Source of the DNA: Azolla caroliniana
Taxonomy: Eukaryota; Plantae; Polypodiophyta
DNA length: 64,000 nucleotides
Assembly (NCBI GenBank): GCA_043228905.1
Contig: JBHGNT010000021.1
Location: forward strand, 8,308,001-8,372,000
Direction: 5' to 3'
The notes beneath the pieces are model-generated. The model made no database searches. It was not told the origin of the DNA and was given only the letters and a program-made list of their open reading frames with translations. Both the position numbers and the translations under genes were made by a program. Positions 9,624 through 23,278 of the stretch are shown in pieces; the stretch's first letter is position 1; every line of letters begins with the position of its first letter.

Positions 9624-11723
9624 CTTTCATCCATCATTGTTATGCGTGGAGGGGCTGGGAGGGCCTCAGTGGTCGTGGCCGGAAGGCTCAAGAGTTGTTG
9701 TTCCGGCCGGTTTTGCTCCCAGGCTGCCAGCTTCTGTTTCGCAGCGTGCCATAATTCTGTAGCCATCTTAGCCTGTTTTTGGGCTATTTTTATCTTTCGG
9801 GCCATGTCTTTGGCTGCCCGCGTAGTGCGATCCAGGTCCCTATATGCCTCGATAAGGGCCATGTTCAACTCGGGGACCTCCATGAGGAGAGCGGCCTGTT
9901 TTGCCTGCTTCTTTCTCCCGATTTTTGTAAAGCCCTGTCCTCCTAGGGTTCAATTTCACCTATTAGCGCGCGTTGAATCATTTTTGTTTCGGCGTGCTCT
10001 TCCGCCATTTGAGCGGCTGCCGCGACTTGGGCTCTGGCGAGGAAGTCGACCAGCTCGAAGGTCGTACCGAGGCGTAGGAGCGCACTAAATTCGTAAGCCT
10101 CCGCATGGAGGTCCTTATACCCGAGGACTTCATCCTCTGAGATTTGCGTTATCTGCCCATGCTCGATCTTTCCCTGGTTCAGCGATGCCTCCTCAGGGAT
10201 GATGGCTAGGTTGCTCTGTCTTACAACTAAGGCTTGCTCCTGTTGTGGCTCTTTCTGTTCTTCCGAGGACTCGCGGTTGAGTCGTCTTCTCTTGCTTGGC
10301 TGTGTTTGGGGTTCCAGGGCCGGTAGTGTCGTTTCCTCCACCTGCTTCCTTTTCTGGGGTCGTGGTGGTGCCGCCTGCTGTGTGTTGGGGCATGGGCTAG
10401 GCCCTGGGAAGTTACCGAGGGGCGCGACGTTGGCTGTCGAATGGTGACATCCTCGGCCGTGTTATCTTCCGTGGCTACCTCCTCCTCCCATTCTTGGCAG
10501 GTCTCGGAAACTGCCCTTTTTTGTTGGGGTTGAGTGGGTGGTGGTGCAGATGCAGGGTTTTGGTCAACGACAGGAGGTGGAGGCGATGTGGGCTCCTCCC
10601 ATGCTTCGTGGCTGATGACAACAAATTTCTCTTTCTGCCTTCGTGGTGGTGGTGGGAACGTGAGTGTGCGAGGGGAAGGAAGAGAAGAGGGTGGGTTTAG
10701 AACCATCAAAAAGTGGGTAAGAACAGACAACATCTTCTTACCGAACTGAAATGAAGCTATGGCGGCGCGGAGTCCTTCGCCTGTGATGATTCCCCAATCG
10801 ATTCTGTTTCCTTCATACGCGCTGATGATGATGGTTGCCTTGTTCTGCGGCATGCTCGTTGGGTTCGTATGCACGAACGCATACTCCATTAATATACGAG
10901 CAATCTCCCCGAAAACTGTGTTGGGACCGCCATACGTGCGATATGCCTTCCCTGAGGCTCAATACTCATCGAAATACGCTTTCATCTTTGATGCCGGGGG
11001 TATGTCGACCTCATGGTCCCCTCCCCGTTGCAGATCCAAAACAGCCCGAAGCACGTTGTTGGTGATGGCTTCGGGACTTATACGTTTAGCCACACCTTGG
11101 GCATCTGGGTGTGCAGGGGCATCGATGATCTTCAGGTAACCGCCCATTCCTCGTTCCTGGAGCCAGGCGCAGGTTTCTGTTGAAGCGGTAAGAGGCATGG
11201 TGGAGATGGAGACGGGGTTCGACTGTGTGGAAGCGTGAAGAAGAGTGATGAGGCGAGGGCGAGACAGAGAAGGATCAGCAGGAATGGGAAGTTCAACATA
11301 GGGGTTATGAGAGCGAAAGAGGGCTTGAGAGCAAGAGCGTTTAGCGCGATGAGAGCGAGACGGGGTTTCTGAGCTTGAGAGTGATGGAGATTGGGAGCGA
11401 TAATGAACTTCTGTGTCTGTACTGCTACGTTTTGGAAACGGTTTTAGTAACTTACTCCTAGGGTTTTGTGCCTGAAGCGAATCATGAAGATTCTGAGTCG
11501 TGGGTGCCATAATAAGTGACTAGCTCCACGTGTCCTGAAGGTGAGTGGGGTGCTTCTAGGGCTTTGCATGTGCTTAAATAGGTACTAAAAGAGTGGTGGC
11601 GAGGGGTGCCCCTAAATTTGTGGGTGCCTAGGTGGGTGGTGTAGGTGTAGCTAATCGGTGGCTAAACTATGGTTAATCCTACCTACTACTACTTTTATTA
11701 ATTTTAAGAAGGTGGGTGAGTCC

Positions 11724-14700
11724 TTATTCAGGGGAACATGTGGCCTCCTCCGTGGTGGTCTCCCGAAACTCGTTTGTGCCGTGTGGCTCGGTAAACGGGT
11801 TGGGTAGTGCAGTGCCTCGATATGGTCGAAGTCGGAAACCATTGGCCCAGCTTTTGACAGTGTCGCCGGCGAGTGTGCCGAGCTGGAACGTCCCGTTGAA
11901 CTCGTCGATAATCCAGAATGGACCGGTCCTCTGAAATCTTAATTTTCCCAGCATAGACCTGAGTCGTGTTTGAAAAAGAAGAACCGGTTTGCCGATGGTG
12001 AGCTCCTTTTCCAACCCGTGTCGATGTCGATCCACGAAAGCCTTGCGTTGTCGTTGCCGTTGTTCGAGCTGGGCCATACTCTCTATCCTATCTTCGCCGA
12101 GTTCGAGGAGTTGTTGCAGCCTGTATTGCTCGGATTGGGCCTCGGGGAGCCGTGCTTTGATTTGAACTCGGAGGCTCGAGACTTGGAACTCGACGGGCAT
12201 TACGGCTTCTAACCCGAACGCCATTCGAAAGGGGGTTGATTGGATGCTTGTTTTGAAAGTCGTACGATACGCCCACAACGCGCTCTGGAGTTTGTCATCC
12301 CAATCGGTCATGTTTTCATTGACGATCTTCTTTAGTATGGTTTGGAGGATTTTATTGGTCGATTCCGCCAAGCCGTTCGCCTGCAGGTAGTATGGTGTGC
12401 TTTTCTTGTGCACCACCGCGTAGTGGTGTGTAAGCTCATGTATTATATGATTGATGAAGTGCCCACCTTGATCACTCACGAGCTCGATTGGGCATCCGTA
12501 ACGGCACCAGAGGTGCTCGTACACGAATTTAGCTGTGGATGCCGCCGTGTTATCTCGGAGTGCCTTAGCCTCGACCCATTTGGTGCAGTAATCGGTGGCA
12601 ACAATAATATACCTATTCCCTGTTCAAGCCGCGAGTGGTTTGAAAGGGCCTACAAAATCCAAACCCCATTTTTGAAATGGGTCCAACGGAAGAATCGGCT
12701 GGTGTGGCATCCGTGACTGTTCCATTGGTTGCCCCATTCGTTGGCACAAATCGCACTGCTGGCAAAACTCGTGAGCGTCTTTCTTCGTTGTCGGCCACCA
12801 CAATCCACTTTGCCAAACTTTCCTTGCCGTGGAATCCCCGACGTAGTGCCCCCCAGCTACTCCCTGGTGGGTTTCCTGAAGAACGACGTTCTTCTCGAAT
12901 TGCCGAATTGCTTGGCGCCATATGCCGTCCGAGCCTTTGTGGTAGAGAATGTCCGAGATGAGGCAAAAATTCCGGCTACGCACTGCTAGGCGTTTTCTCG
13001 TGTCAAGGGTCATGTGCTCGGGAGGTACACCGGTAGTGAGAAAATGGGTCATCTCCGTGATCCATTCATCTCCATTATCGTCTGGTATCGTGGTCAGGTT
13101 AAATAGGTTGGCGTTCGGTAGGTCGTCGTACGTTGTTTTCGCTGGTTCCCCTGACTCAAGACGGCTCAAGTCGGCGACGGCATGTTGTACCCCGGGTCGA
13201 TGCTAAATCTGGAAATCAAACTCTTGTAGTAGTAGGGCTTGTTTATTGACCAAATAAAGAAGGGTCGAGTGATCTACGTGAAAGGTAAATTTTCGGCCCA
13301 AGAGGTAATGCCGAAATTTATTGATGCTATAAATCATATCGAGGGCCTCCCGCTCGGTGGTGGAGTAATTCTTTTCCGCGGTCGAGAGCCGTCGGCTGGC
13401 GTAGTACACGGGCCTATACTAATTCGGGGGTGTACATTGCATCAAGGCACTTCCGATGGCGATGTCCGAAGCATCTACGAAGACATGAAATGGTTCGGAC
13501 CAAACCGGAGACTGGACCACCGGGGCATGTGACAGCATTCGTTTCAGGGTCTGATAGGCCGTGTCCTCGATTGACGTCCATTGGAAGGGAAGGCGATGGA
13601 CTGCCGCGTGTAAAGGTGTCGCGAAATCGGCCAGGTGCCGTATCATTCGGTTGTGCCACCGGATCTGTCCCAAAAAACGGCTTAGTGCCTTAGCGTTCGA
13701 GGGTGCGGTGGCGGTCAGGATTGCCTTTACTTTATCCGGGTCCATAGCAATGCCTTCTTGACTGACAATGTGACCGAGAAGGTTGCCGCTGGTGACTAAG
13801 AACGCGCATTTCGCCGGGTTTAAGCTCAATCGAGCTTGGCGACATCGGTCCAGGCAGAGTCGTAACTAGGTCATGTGTTCCCGTCGATGGCCATACACGA
13901 CGAAATCGTCGAGAAAGACTTGCATGAACATTGGGATGTAGTCATGAAAGATTTCGGTGATGATGCGCTGGAACGTAGCCGGCGATGTTTTTAGACCGAA
14001 CATCATTACTTCTGCTACAAAAACACCCCATTCCGTGACGAAAGCAGTTTTCTCCTGATCCTCCGGGTGCATTCTTATCTGGTTATAGCCGCTGAACCTG
14101 TCGAGGAAACTGTAGCATTCGTGGCCGGCTACCGTGTCGAGGACACTATCCGTGAATGGAAGAGGGAAACCGTCGGTGATTGTTGCCGCATTAAGCTTCC
14201 GATAGTTGACGCAGACGCGGATTTTTCCGTTCTTCTTTGGGACCACTACGATCGGGCTCAACCACGTGGCCCGTTTAACAGGGCGAATGAAGCCCACTCG
14301 GAGTAGTTTGTCAATTTCCTCTTTGACTTTAGCGGCGTAGTTGGGGTTCATCCTGTAGCGCCTCTGCTGAACCGGCCGAGTGTTGGGTAAGATGTGAATT
14401 TGATGTTGGTAGTATTGAGGATCCAACCCCTTCATATCGGTGTAAGACCAAGCGAAAACATCCTGGTAGTCGGTGAGCAATTTTACGAGGCATGCCCGTT
14501 CTCCGATTGGTAGATTATTGGCAATTGGTAACGTACGGGGATTCTCATCCAAACCGAGGTTTATTGTTTCCAGGGTTGATGCTTTCACTCGTTGTGAAAT
14601 GGCGAGTTCGCGTTCGAAAGCCTCCCGAGCATGACGTAGCTCGGCAACTATGGTTGGATCTGGTTCATCCTGGGGTGGTGACTCCTCCGTGACTTCCTCG

Positions 14701-17050
14701 TCTTTAGATGGCTCGATGGTTGGTAAGGCATTGATTTCGAAGAGAGGGATGATCGTGGGATGATCATCTAGGAAGTCATCGACCTCCTCATCGGCCAAAC
14801 CGTCAAGCATATGAACCCCTTCCGCGTATAACGGCGAAGTGTTGAGGGCGACGAGGACTCGTTCTTCAGTGATGATTCAGACTTTTGTCTTTCCTCTTCG
14901 GAATGAGATCATGTTGTGTTGCCAATGTTGCTTGATATTCGCTGTACGCAACCATGGTCGACCTAGTAAAATTGGGTAGGCGCCTTGTGTCTCCAGTCTT
15001 AGCACAACGGCCGAGATTGTGAACATGTGGCCTCCGAGTGTGAAGTCGAGATGGCGGATTAAACCAATGGGGCGAACGGAGCGGGTGTCGGCCATCCGAA
15101 GCCAAAAGGGGCATGGTTCCCATTGATTCAGGCCGAGGTTAAGACACGTTGACTCGCTAATAACGTTTACGCCGGATCCGCCGTCGATGATGCATCCGTG
15201 CAGGTCTTGTCCCTTAATGATGATTTGCACGGCTGGGTTCTGAGAATCCATGAGTGGTGGACCGGTTCCTGCTTCGGTGAGGTGTATCGGTGGCGTCACG
15301 GGCTTAGTATTGACCTGGAGTGCCACCAGGGTGTCCCGAAATCTCAGCATGAGTGGTAACAGTTTATGTAGGGGCAGCGAGATGCGGGAGTTGGTAAGAA
15401 CATCCCATAGCTGGTCGTCCTCCGACGACGTGGATGGTGCCGAGGTTTGTGGTACTTCATTGGGCCCGTCTCTCATGTCAGTTTGCATGCGTACGACATT
15501 ATTTTTATTGGCCGTGTCGATCCATTCTTTTGCTGCCTGACGGACTTCATCCTGGATTTGCCATTGAGTAGTCTGCGCTTTACTCCGGGTAGTGACCGTT
15601 TGAACATCGGCCATGATATTGTTCACCGCGGGTGCCTTGCCACGGTTGGTTGTTGGACATTGCGTGGCGTAGTGGCCTGGTTGGTTACATTTAAAACATG
15701 TAACGTTGGCCGAGCTGCTGGTGTCCGCTCGGTCTGTGTGTGGAAGCTGTTGTTGTTGATTCTCCGTCTCATTTGGTGGTGGGTTGTTCCGAGGTGCGTT
15801 GGAGTTGCGCTGGTCATTTTGAGGAGCGTCCTGTCGGCGGTTGTCGTTAGGTCTTCTATTGTTGCGTGTGTTGCGGTTGCCGTTTCGCCGATCAATGCGT
15901 GAGTTCCGTCGGTCATACCGGTCATCGCGATCGTCATCATATCGAGCATAATCGTCGTGCTGGTCATCGCGATAATGATCACGGCGGTAGTCGTCGTCTC
16001 GGCGACATCGATCCGGGGATCGCGGTCGGTCGTTATCCTGGTCTCGGTAGACATATCGCTCGTCCTACCGAGAGTATGTATTTCATGGCTCGATCTGGCG
16101 GACCGGTGTTGTCGTTGTGCGGTTCAACATATTATATTCGCACTGCTCGACAGTGTGAGCTCGAGACTGGCAGATCGGACATTGTGGTCGGTGGGGACAT
16201 TCGAGGGCCAGGTGCCCTGATCCTGAACACGTCATGCATTGGAGGGCTTGGCGAAAGCGATTGTCCTCTTGGGGAAGAGCGTTTTGCAAGGATGTCATCG
16301 AGAAGGTCGCGCCGTGCTGGGTCCGATCGAGGGCGAGAACCCACGCTATGACTTGTTCGATGGTATGGTTGGCGAAATTTGTAAGTGCGAGAGTCATTCG
16401 GAGAGGCTCTCGTAAACTGGATAGGAAAGTGTCCGTTATATGTTGTGCCGAGACATCATCGGCCACTTGTCGATAGAGATCCTGGAACCGGATCGTGAAC
16501 TGCGCGACTGTTTCGTGTGGTTCCTGGCATATAGAGAAGAATTGACGGAGCAATTCCCGTTTAGGCACCTCGCGATGAAAAAGTTCAAGGAACTTTGTGC
16601 GCACAATTTGAAAAGTGGTGGCCTCTCCTATTTCGAGGCGAGAGTACCATCGTGTGGCCGGTCCATCGAGAGAGAGTGTGAACTCGGCAATCTTTGAGGC
16701 ATCGATCTCGGCTGGTGTGAGGCGGTGCGTTGAGTGGTTGGCCTGCCACGTGGATATGAAGGCACGGATTGTGACTCCACGTCTGGTCCGTCGGTGTATC
16801 GTGGGTATGGGTACGGCATGATGTCGTACTCTGGGTCTTCTGGTAGCACCGGAAAAGGGTTTAGTTCCGGTTGATTGACCTCCGGAGGGCTCGACGGGGG
16901 TTTTGGTGGTGAATCAACTCGCGATTGAGTGTTCGGTGGCGAGGATTGCACTAGGGAAGCCTCCGATTTCTCGGGACAGGATTGGTCAGTGACCGCCGAG
17001 TCAGAAGTTCCTTCGACTGGCTCAGGGCGTCGAGTGGTTGGCCAAGACCT
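11724..17050 (-). pseudogene. Gypsy E1 gag-pol (disrupted)
   Basis: Gag with three zinc knuckles; PR IIDGGSGVN; RT KNGKIRVCVNYRKLN..FLDDF; RNase H VDASD..YSTTEREAL; INT HHCC and WGLDFVGP, SDQGGHF, ANGLAE. Multiple stops. The 5' end is approximate. Confidence 0.9.
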
Positions 17051-17142
17051 CGTGGTGTGCGAGGGCGCCGTAATGGCGGCTGGTGGTGACCTTCAACGAA
17101 GTTCGTTGTGCACTCACAGCTGTAACCGGGTGTGCCAAATTG

Positions 17143-17601
17143 TGTTACCCGTTCCTTTGGGTGAACACCTTCGATAGATCTGCGGCTATCGGTATTCAAG
17201 GGCGTGGTATGTGAAGGCTCGTAACAGAGGCGTCGAGGGAGAGACAGTGCTCAGAGAGAAAACACTAACGAGATCTGGACAGGCGTGGGCGGCGCTCAAA
17301 TCATAGGTATGAATCAAAGCACAAACACATGGAGCAAACTGGGCACAATTCAGATATATTACTGCGACAGAAGAGATTACAGAACACGGCCTACGGTCGG
17401 TGACCTTACAAGATTAGCTAGTTACGAGGGACTCAACTAGTGCTTCCGTCTATATTTTTCTTCTCTCCCTCACTCTGAGGTAATTGTCCTCGTTTAAATA
17501 ACTTTTCCCCCTAATACACAGTCGAGCCGTCGGTGGCCCGTGATACTCGGACTCGGCGTTTGCTAATTTCCTAATTTTACATTTCTGTCCTCTGGACAAC
17601 A
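17143..17601 (-). repeat. 5' LTR of Gypsy E1
   Basis: Direct repeat of 2103-2561; adjacent to the PBS and gag. Confidence 0.93.
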
Positions 17602-19977
17602 ATGAAGAGAGAGAGTGACTACATAAAGCACTCTCCTCCTACTTTGTAATGAGTTCGGTTAATCTCCTTTGTAATATACATTGTCTTGAGTATTCTATTG
17701 TTTTTCAAATCTATCTATCTTGTGTTTCTCTCTCTCTCTCATACACACACACACTCACAACACATATCTCTAGTCTATTCCGCTCAACAAGAATCACCAT
17801 CGATTCTTTACATGGTATCAATGCGGTTTGGTAGCTTGATCTCGCCCATTCGTGTGTGTTGAGCTCTACGCCGACGTTCAAGAAGAACCGGCTCATCGCT
17901 ATCGTAGTGCAACTACATAGCTCGTATTCAAGAGAGAAGAAGAAGGAAGAAATCTACATTGAACACCATGAATACTCAAATGGGGAACGCTCTCCCTAGC
18001 GAGAAGTTGGATCGAAACAACTTCGCATCTTGGGAGTACAAGATGCATCAATACCTTGTCGTTCAAGGCTATTGGAGCTACATCAAAGGAGCACAAGAAA
18101 ATCGGGCCGACCCGAAAGACGCCAACGATGCAACATGGGAGCAAGCGGCGAGTCGAGTAATGTATTGCTTGGCAACATGTGTTCATGAACACATGCTTGG
18201 CTACATTCGAGAAGCCGAGACGCCGAAGGAAGCATGGGAAAATCTACAAAAGATTTTCGCCGCCAACACGACTGCGAGGAAGCTTCAACTCCGCTAAGAG
18301 TTGAACAACATCCAACAAAGGGATATGTCATCACAAGCTACACCTTGAAGATCAAGGAGTTTTGTGATGCACTTGACTCAATAAGCGTCAATGTGGATGA
18401 TGATGAGATGGTGCAAATATGCCTCGGCGGCCTTGCACCATGGTTCAGCGCGATGAGAACTGTCGTCCTAGCAAGGGAGAATCCTCCCTCTTTCTTCGAT
18501 CTTGAATCCATGTTGTTGGTTGAAGAAAACCATGTTTGAACAAGGAGCAACACCTCAGAAGGCCACATGCTCTACACACATTCAAATGGAGGAAGAGGAC
18601 ATGGCCAAGCAAGAGGCTAATTCGGCCAAGGACAAGGTGGACAAGGTCCGACTTACGGCAACAACTCCCAATTTCGGCAACAAAACGGAAGCCATCGAGG
18701 AACCTTCGGAAGAAGGGGAAGCTTCCATTCCGGTCCGAGCCAACAAACCTCGATCGAATGCGGTTATTGCGGAAAAATCGGCCACCATGAAGAAGAGTGC
18801 CGAAAGAAGAAGCGCGAGTCGGCTTCCACAAGCCAACAACTCACCAATTACGCCACCAACTCCGACTATGAAGATCATGGTGGAATGTTTGTAATGAGAC
18901 ATAGAGCTAATTCTATGTCGGCCTCTACTTCGACTAATGCCTCCAATCCGGAAGATGTATGGTTCGTTGACTCCGGTGCTTCGAACCATATGACGTCCCA
19001 TCAAGAATGGTTCAAAGACCTTCGAGAGCCGGATCGACCCGGTTATGTCAAGACTGGAGACGACACCACTCATCCGATTCAGCATGTCGGCAATGTCCCA
19101 TTCGGGAAAGAAGGTGAACAAACTTGCATAAAAAATGTCTTACATGTACCCACCATAACGAAGAATTTGGTCTTAGTCGGCCAAATTGTGGAGCAAGGGA
19201 TGCAAGTTCGAATCAACCAAGGAGGTTGCTTCATCGAGAAGGAAGGCCGACTAATTGCTTGTGGTCGAAGGGAAGGCTAAATGTTTATCCTCAAAGCGAA
19301 CGAGGTAAAATCGGCCATGTTTGCAAAGGGCCTCAAATCCAACACCGACATAGAGCTATGGCATAAAAGAATTGGCCATATCAATGTCAACAAACCCAAG
19401 GCGATGCAATCGAAAGGAGTCGTCATCAGGCTCCCGACCTTCAAAGAGAAAGAGATTGAAGGAGTAAGTGAAGCATGCCAATTCCGCAAGCAACATCGGC
19501 ACTCGTTCCCGAAGGAGAGGAACGTGAGCAAATGCCTATTGGATGTAGTCCACTCGGATGTGTGGGGACCGGCACAAACGACTTTGTTTGGAGAATCAAG
19601 CTTAACCTAGTCTAGTGTGTGAACACACCCTTGAGAGTGTGCACTCAAAGGTCAAAAGTCACCACTCTTATCTACACATTAACTATGTGTCATAGAATCA
19701 TATTCTATGACACATAACTAATGAGTTTTCATATTCCCCATGACCCATGAGCTTCGGTAGTTAATGAAGAGAGAGAGTGACTATATAAAGCACTCTCCTC
19801 CTACTTTGTAACGAGTTCGGTTAATCTCCTTTGTAATATATATTGTCGTGAGTATTCTATTGTTTTTCAAATCTATCTATCTGGCGTTTCTCTCTCTCTC
19901 TCTCTCATACACACACACACTCACTCACAACACATATCTCTAGTCTATTCTGTTGCACAAGAATCACCATAGATTCT

Positions 19978-20394
19978 TGTTGAGATACAAGCTCAACATT
20001 GGCTGGATCGGTCGGGATCGATCGGTTAGGCCGGACCGGTTCGTAAATCGGTGCGCAGACCAATGCGCAATGAGAAGCCGTAGCGGTGCGTAAACCGCGA
20101 GGCCGTTGGAAAGATATTCCACATAGGAATATATTTTGGGAGTTAGTGTAGAGCTCACTTATGAGCATTCAAGTACGTGTAAGTACTTCTGTCAGTTCAT
20201 ATGGACTTGTATAAAAGTGCTCACTGAGCACATCATATGTATAGATTGAGTATTATTTTTGAATTGTGAGTGTGTGCATTCTCTCTGTCTCTCTGTCTCT
20301 GTCTCTCCCGCGTACTGTGTATATTCAAGCTCTCCATTAAACCTGCGTTTCTGTGTTCAATTTTCTATTGCTTCCGCACACTATTCTTTTTACA
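19978..20394 (+). mobile_element. Solo LTR of Copia family X inserted 5 bp from the end of the Copia Y 3' LTR
   Basis: TGTTGAGATACAAGC...TTTTACA is homologous to the reverse complement of 1375-1725 and 42922-43325. TSD ATTCT/ACTCT. The remaining TTACA of the Y LTR follows at 20400-20404. Confidence 0.85.
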
Positions 20395-23278
20395 ACTCTT
20401 TACACTTCTGCTTGGCCTTCAATTGATTCGACGTCTCCAAATCAAACATCCGAGCCGAATCGGCCGCCTTTGATTCGTCTCCGCTTTTGTCTGAATTGGC
20501 TGTCTCTAATTAGTCCTCAATCTTGGCCTTCTCACCCTTGTTGGCTTCATCTCCCCTAATGCTTGGCTGACTCTAGCTCTTTCTTTCAGCTGTTGCCCTC
20601 TCGTCGATTTCCGGACTCTTCCGCGGATCCGCCTTCGGCTTCTTCTTCAGCCAACACTAAATTGAATCCGTCATTTGATTTGGTGTCTCGATCACTTCCG
20701 CTCCTTTCCATGGTCGCGCAAGACTTTTCTCCCCCTCAAGTTCGATACCTCAAGGTGCCGCAACCCAAGCACATCGAGAATTGCCGCAGCTTGTCTAGAC
20801 CAAGGGGCTTGGTGAAGATGTCGGCGTTCTGCCGATTCGTCAGAACATACTGAAGTTCAACTTCACTAGAGAGGACACGCTCGCGGACAAAGTGGTAATG
20901 CACCTCAATGTACTTAGTCCGGGCGTGGAAGATGGGGTTCTTCACAAGTTGGATGCTGCTGAGGTTGTCGCAATAGATCGTCGTCAGACCGGACACCTCC
21001 ACATGCAGATCCTTAAGTAGTTGCTTCAGCCATATGGCTTCGCATGTTGCGACAGCCACTCCTCGATACTCGGCCTCTGTGCTCGACAGTGCAACTGTCG
21101 GCTACTTCTTATTACTCCATGCGATCGCGGCGCGCTCCCAAGGGAGAATGCAAATCCGGATGTGGATCGACGATCGCTGGTGTTTCCGGCCCAGTCGGCA
21201 TCCATATAGCCGACTAGCTGCACGACAGTACCGGTCAGATATAGTAGCCCCCGGTCCTTAGTGCCACTCACGTACCTGAGTACGCATTGCACGCATTGAA
21301 GGTGCTCCTTAGTTGGTCGCACCATTTACTGACTAATCAAGCCGACTGGGTAATTGAGGTCCGGTCGGGTGATAGTCACGTATATGAGGCTGCCGACAAT
21401 CTGTCGTAACCTTTTCGGGTTGCAAACCTTTTTGGAGTCGGGGTGAAGCTTCACGGTTCTGTCTAAAGGAGTTGAGACGGACTTACAGTCGGCCATCCCA
21501 AACTTGAAGAGCATACTCAGCATGTAATGTCGTTGGCTGATCAGTATGCCTTCGGGGGTTCGGATCACTTCGATCCCAAGAAAGTAATGAGGGTCCCCTA
21601 GGTCCTTCATATCAAATGATCCCACAAGCTAGAGCTTTATGCGGTCAATTTCACCTTAGTCGACGTCGGCGATGACCAAGTCATCAACATAAAGTAAAAT
21701 ACTAACCGGCCCAAGTTGACCTTGCCGGACGAACAATGAAGAGTCTGATTTGGACGTTGCAAATCCCATCTGATGCAATTGATGCGTGATCTTCGCGTTC
21801 CAGGCATGTGTGGCTTGCTTTAGTCCGTAAAGGGACTTCTTCAACCGGCATACCGCCGAAGTGTTCATTTCGGAGTGAAATCCGGGGGATGTACCATGTA
21901 CACTTGTTCCTCAAGCTCGCCTTGTAGGAACACATTCTTTACATCCATTTGATGTAAGTGTCGCAAGCAAAACTCAAACTATCGCCATCTTTGTGACCGG
22001 CGCAAATGTCTCATCATAATCGATGTCGTGTTGTTGTGTGTAGCCTTTTACTACTAACCAGTCCTTGTAACGATTGACCGAGCCGTCGGTGTTGTACTTG
22101 ACCTTGTACACCCACCTGCATCCAATCGACTTTACACACTTGGGGGCGTCAACTAGGTCCCAGGTTTCATTCTTCGCAAGTGCGTTCATCTCTTCCTCCA
22201 TGGCAGCACACCAATTTGCATCCTTTGTCACTTCTGCGTAGCTCTCCGACTCACACACTTTCGCTACACGTGTCATGTACATATAGTGATGTGCCATGTA
22301 CTCATTGTATCCGAACTGCATAACAGAGTTCTTCTAGCGGGTAGATCGGCGTAATTGCTCATTAGCCGATGTTGAGGCCATTCTGGCCAATGCGGGCTTC
22401 GCTCTTGAAGGCCTATCATCGCTCTTCTCGGAGTCGAATTTGCGTCGATCCAACTCGTCCTTATCCGTGTCGTACTCCAACATCTTCTTCTTTCCCTTTT
22501 CTCTGCGTGTAAGCCGTCTCTTCGGCTTCCTACGAGGGGAATGCACGGCCGAGTCTCCACTACTCGCCGACTCTTCATCTGATTGGTCAACACGACTCCA
22601 TTGCTCATTCGGCCCACTTGGCCAAAATGAGATCGGACTCTCTTCAAGAGTTTCGACTTCGCACTCATCAGGGGGCATCTCACCCTCGCTGACCTCATCT
22701 TCAGAACTCAGATTAGAGTTGAGGTCCGGAGTCGGAGGCAAATACCAAGACGCGGATTCATTGAACACAACATCGCGACTTACGCGAGCTTGTTTTGTTC
22801 AGGGGTTATAACACTTATAACCCTTTTGTTCGTCCAAGTAGCTGACCAAGATACCCTTCTCGGCTTTCGCGTCCAGCTTCCTCCGCTTCTCCTTTGGCAC
22901 ATGCACATACGCGATGCTACCGAAAACCCTCAAGTGTCGTAGATTCGGCTTCCTTCCGAAATACAACTCATGTGCCGACACTTTTTCTCCGATTCTGGAT
23001 GTAGACCGCGGTTTGGACCGCTTCGGCCCAATAGAACTTGGGCATGCTCTTTTCTTCTAACAATGCCCGTGCCGCTTCCACAATCGACCGATTCTTCCTT
23101 TCGGCTACGCCGTTTTGCTCCGGCGTATACCTGCAACTGAATTCGAGCCGAATTCCCATTTGTTGCAGATGAATATTGAATTGGCCAGAAAAGTACTCTT
23201 TTCCGCCATCTGATTGCAGGCACTTGATCTTCCTCCTTGTTTCCCTTTCGACAAGATTTTTGAGGTTCCGGAAACAGT

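Larger units (their letters stand above)
2650..11510 (-). pseudogene. Disrupted extra ORF of Gypsy E1 (N-terminal globular domain, Pro-rich linker, long coiled coil), split by the Copia at 4183-9623
   Basis: Consecutive minus-strand ORF fragments 10959-11510, 10227-10889, 9943-10341, 9560-9883, 3751-4194, 3359-3778 and 2996-3322 lie between INT and the 3' LTR. Several blocks are homologous to the E2 extra ORF. The 3' end is approximate. Confidence 0.75.
2103..17601 (-). mobile_element. Non-chromoviral Ty3/Gypsy element E1 (Athila/Tat-group-like RT) with long 3' extra ORF
   Basis: 459-bp LTRs at 2103-2561 and 17143-17601 (TG..CA, about 13 substitutions by eye) and TSD ATGAA. tRNA-Arg-type PBS TGGCACACCCGGT (complement at 17125-17137). 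Domain order is gag-PR(IIDGGS)-RT(FLDDF)-RH-INT, 11724-~17050, with stops and frameshifts. Confidence 0.93.
1920..20404 (+). mobile_element. Ty1/Copia element Y, internally deleted (gag-PR-start of INT only)
   Basis: 5' LTR is 1920-2102 + 17607-17812, split by E1. PBS TGGTATCA (tRNA-iMet type) at 17813. Gag, CCHC knuckle, PR (WFVDSGASNHM) and GAG-pre-integrase are at 17959-19585 with stops. 3' LTR ~19591-20404 is split by a solo LTR. TSD CTTCC/CTTCT (1915-1919, 20405-20409). Confidence 0.85.

Noticed and set aside
2103-17601. Reading E1 as a plus-strand element because a PBS follows the left LTR
   Set aside because: All coding domains are on the minus strand and a PBS also precedes gag. The captured tRNA in E2 indicates that the gag-proximal site is the primed one.
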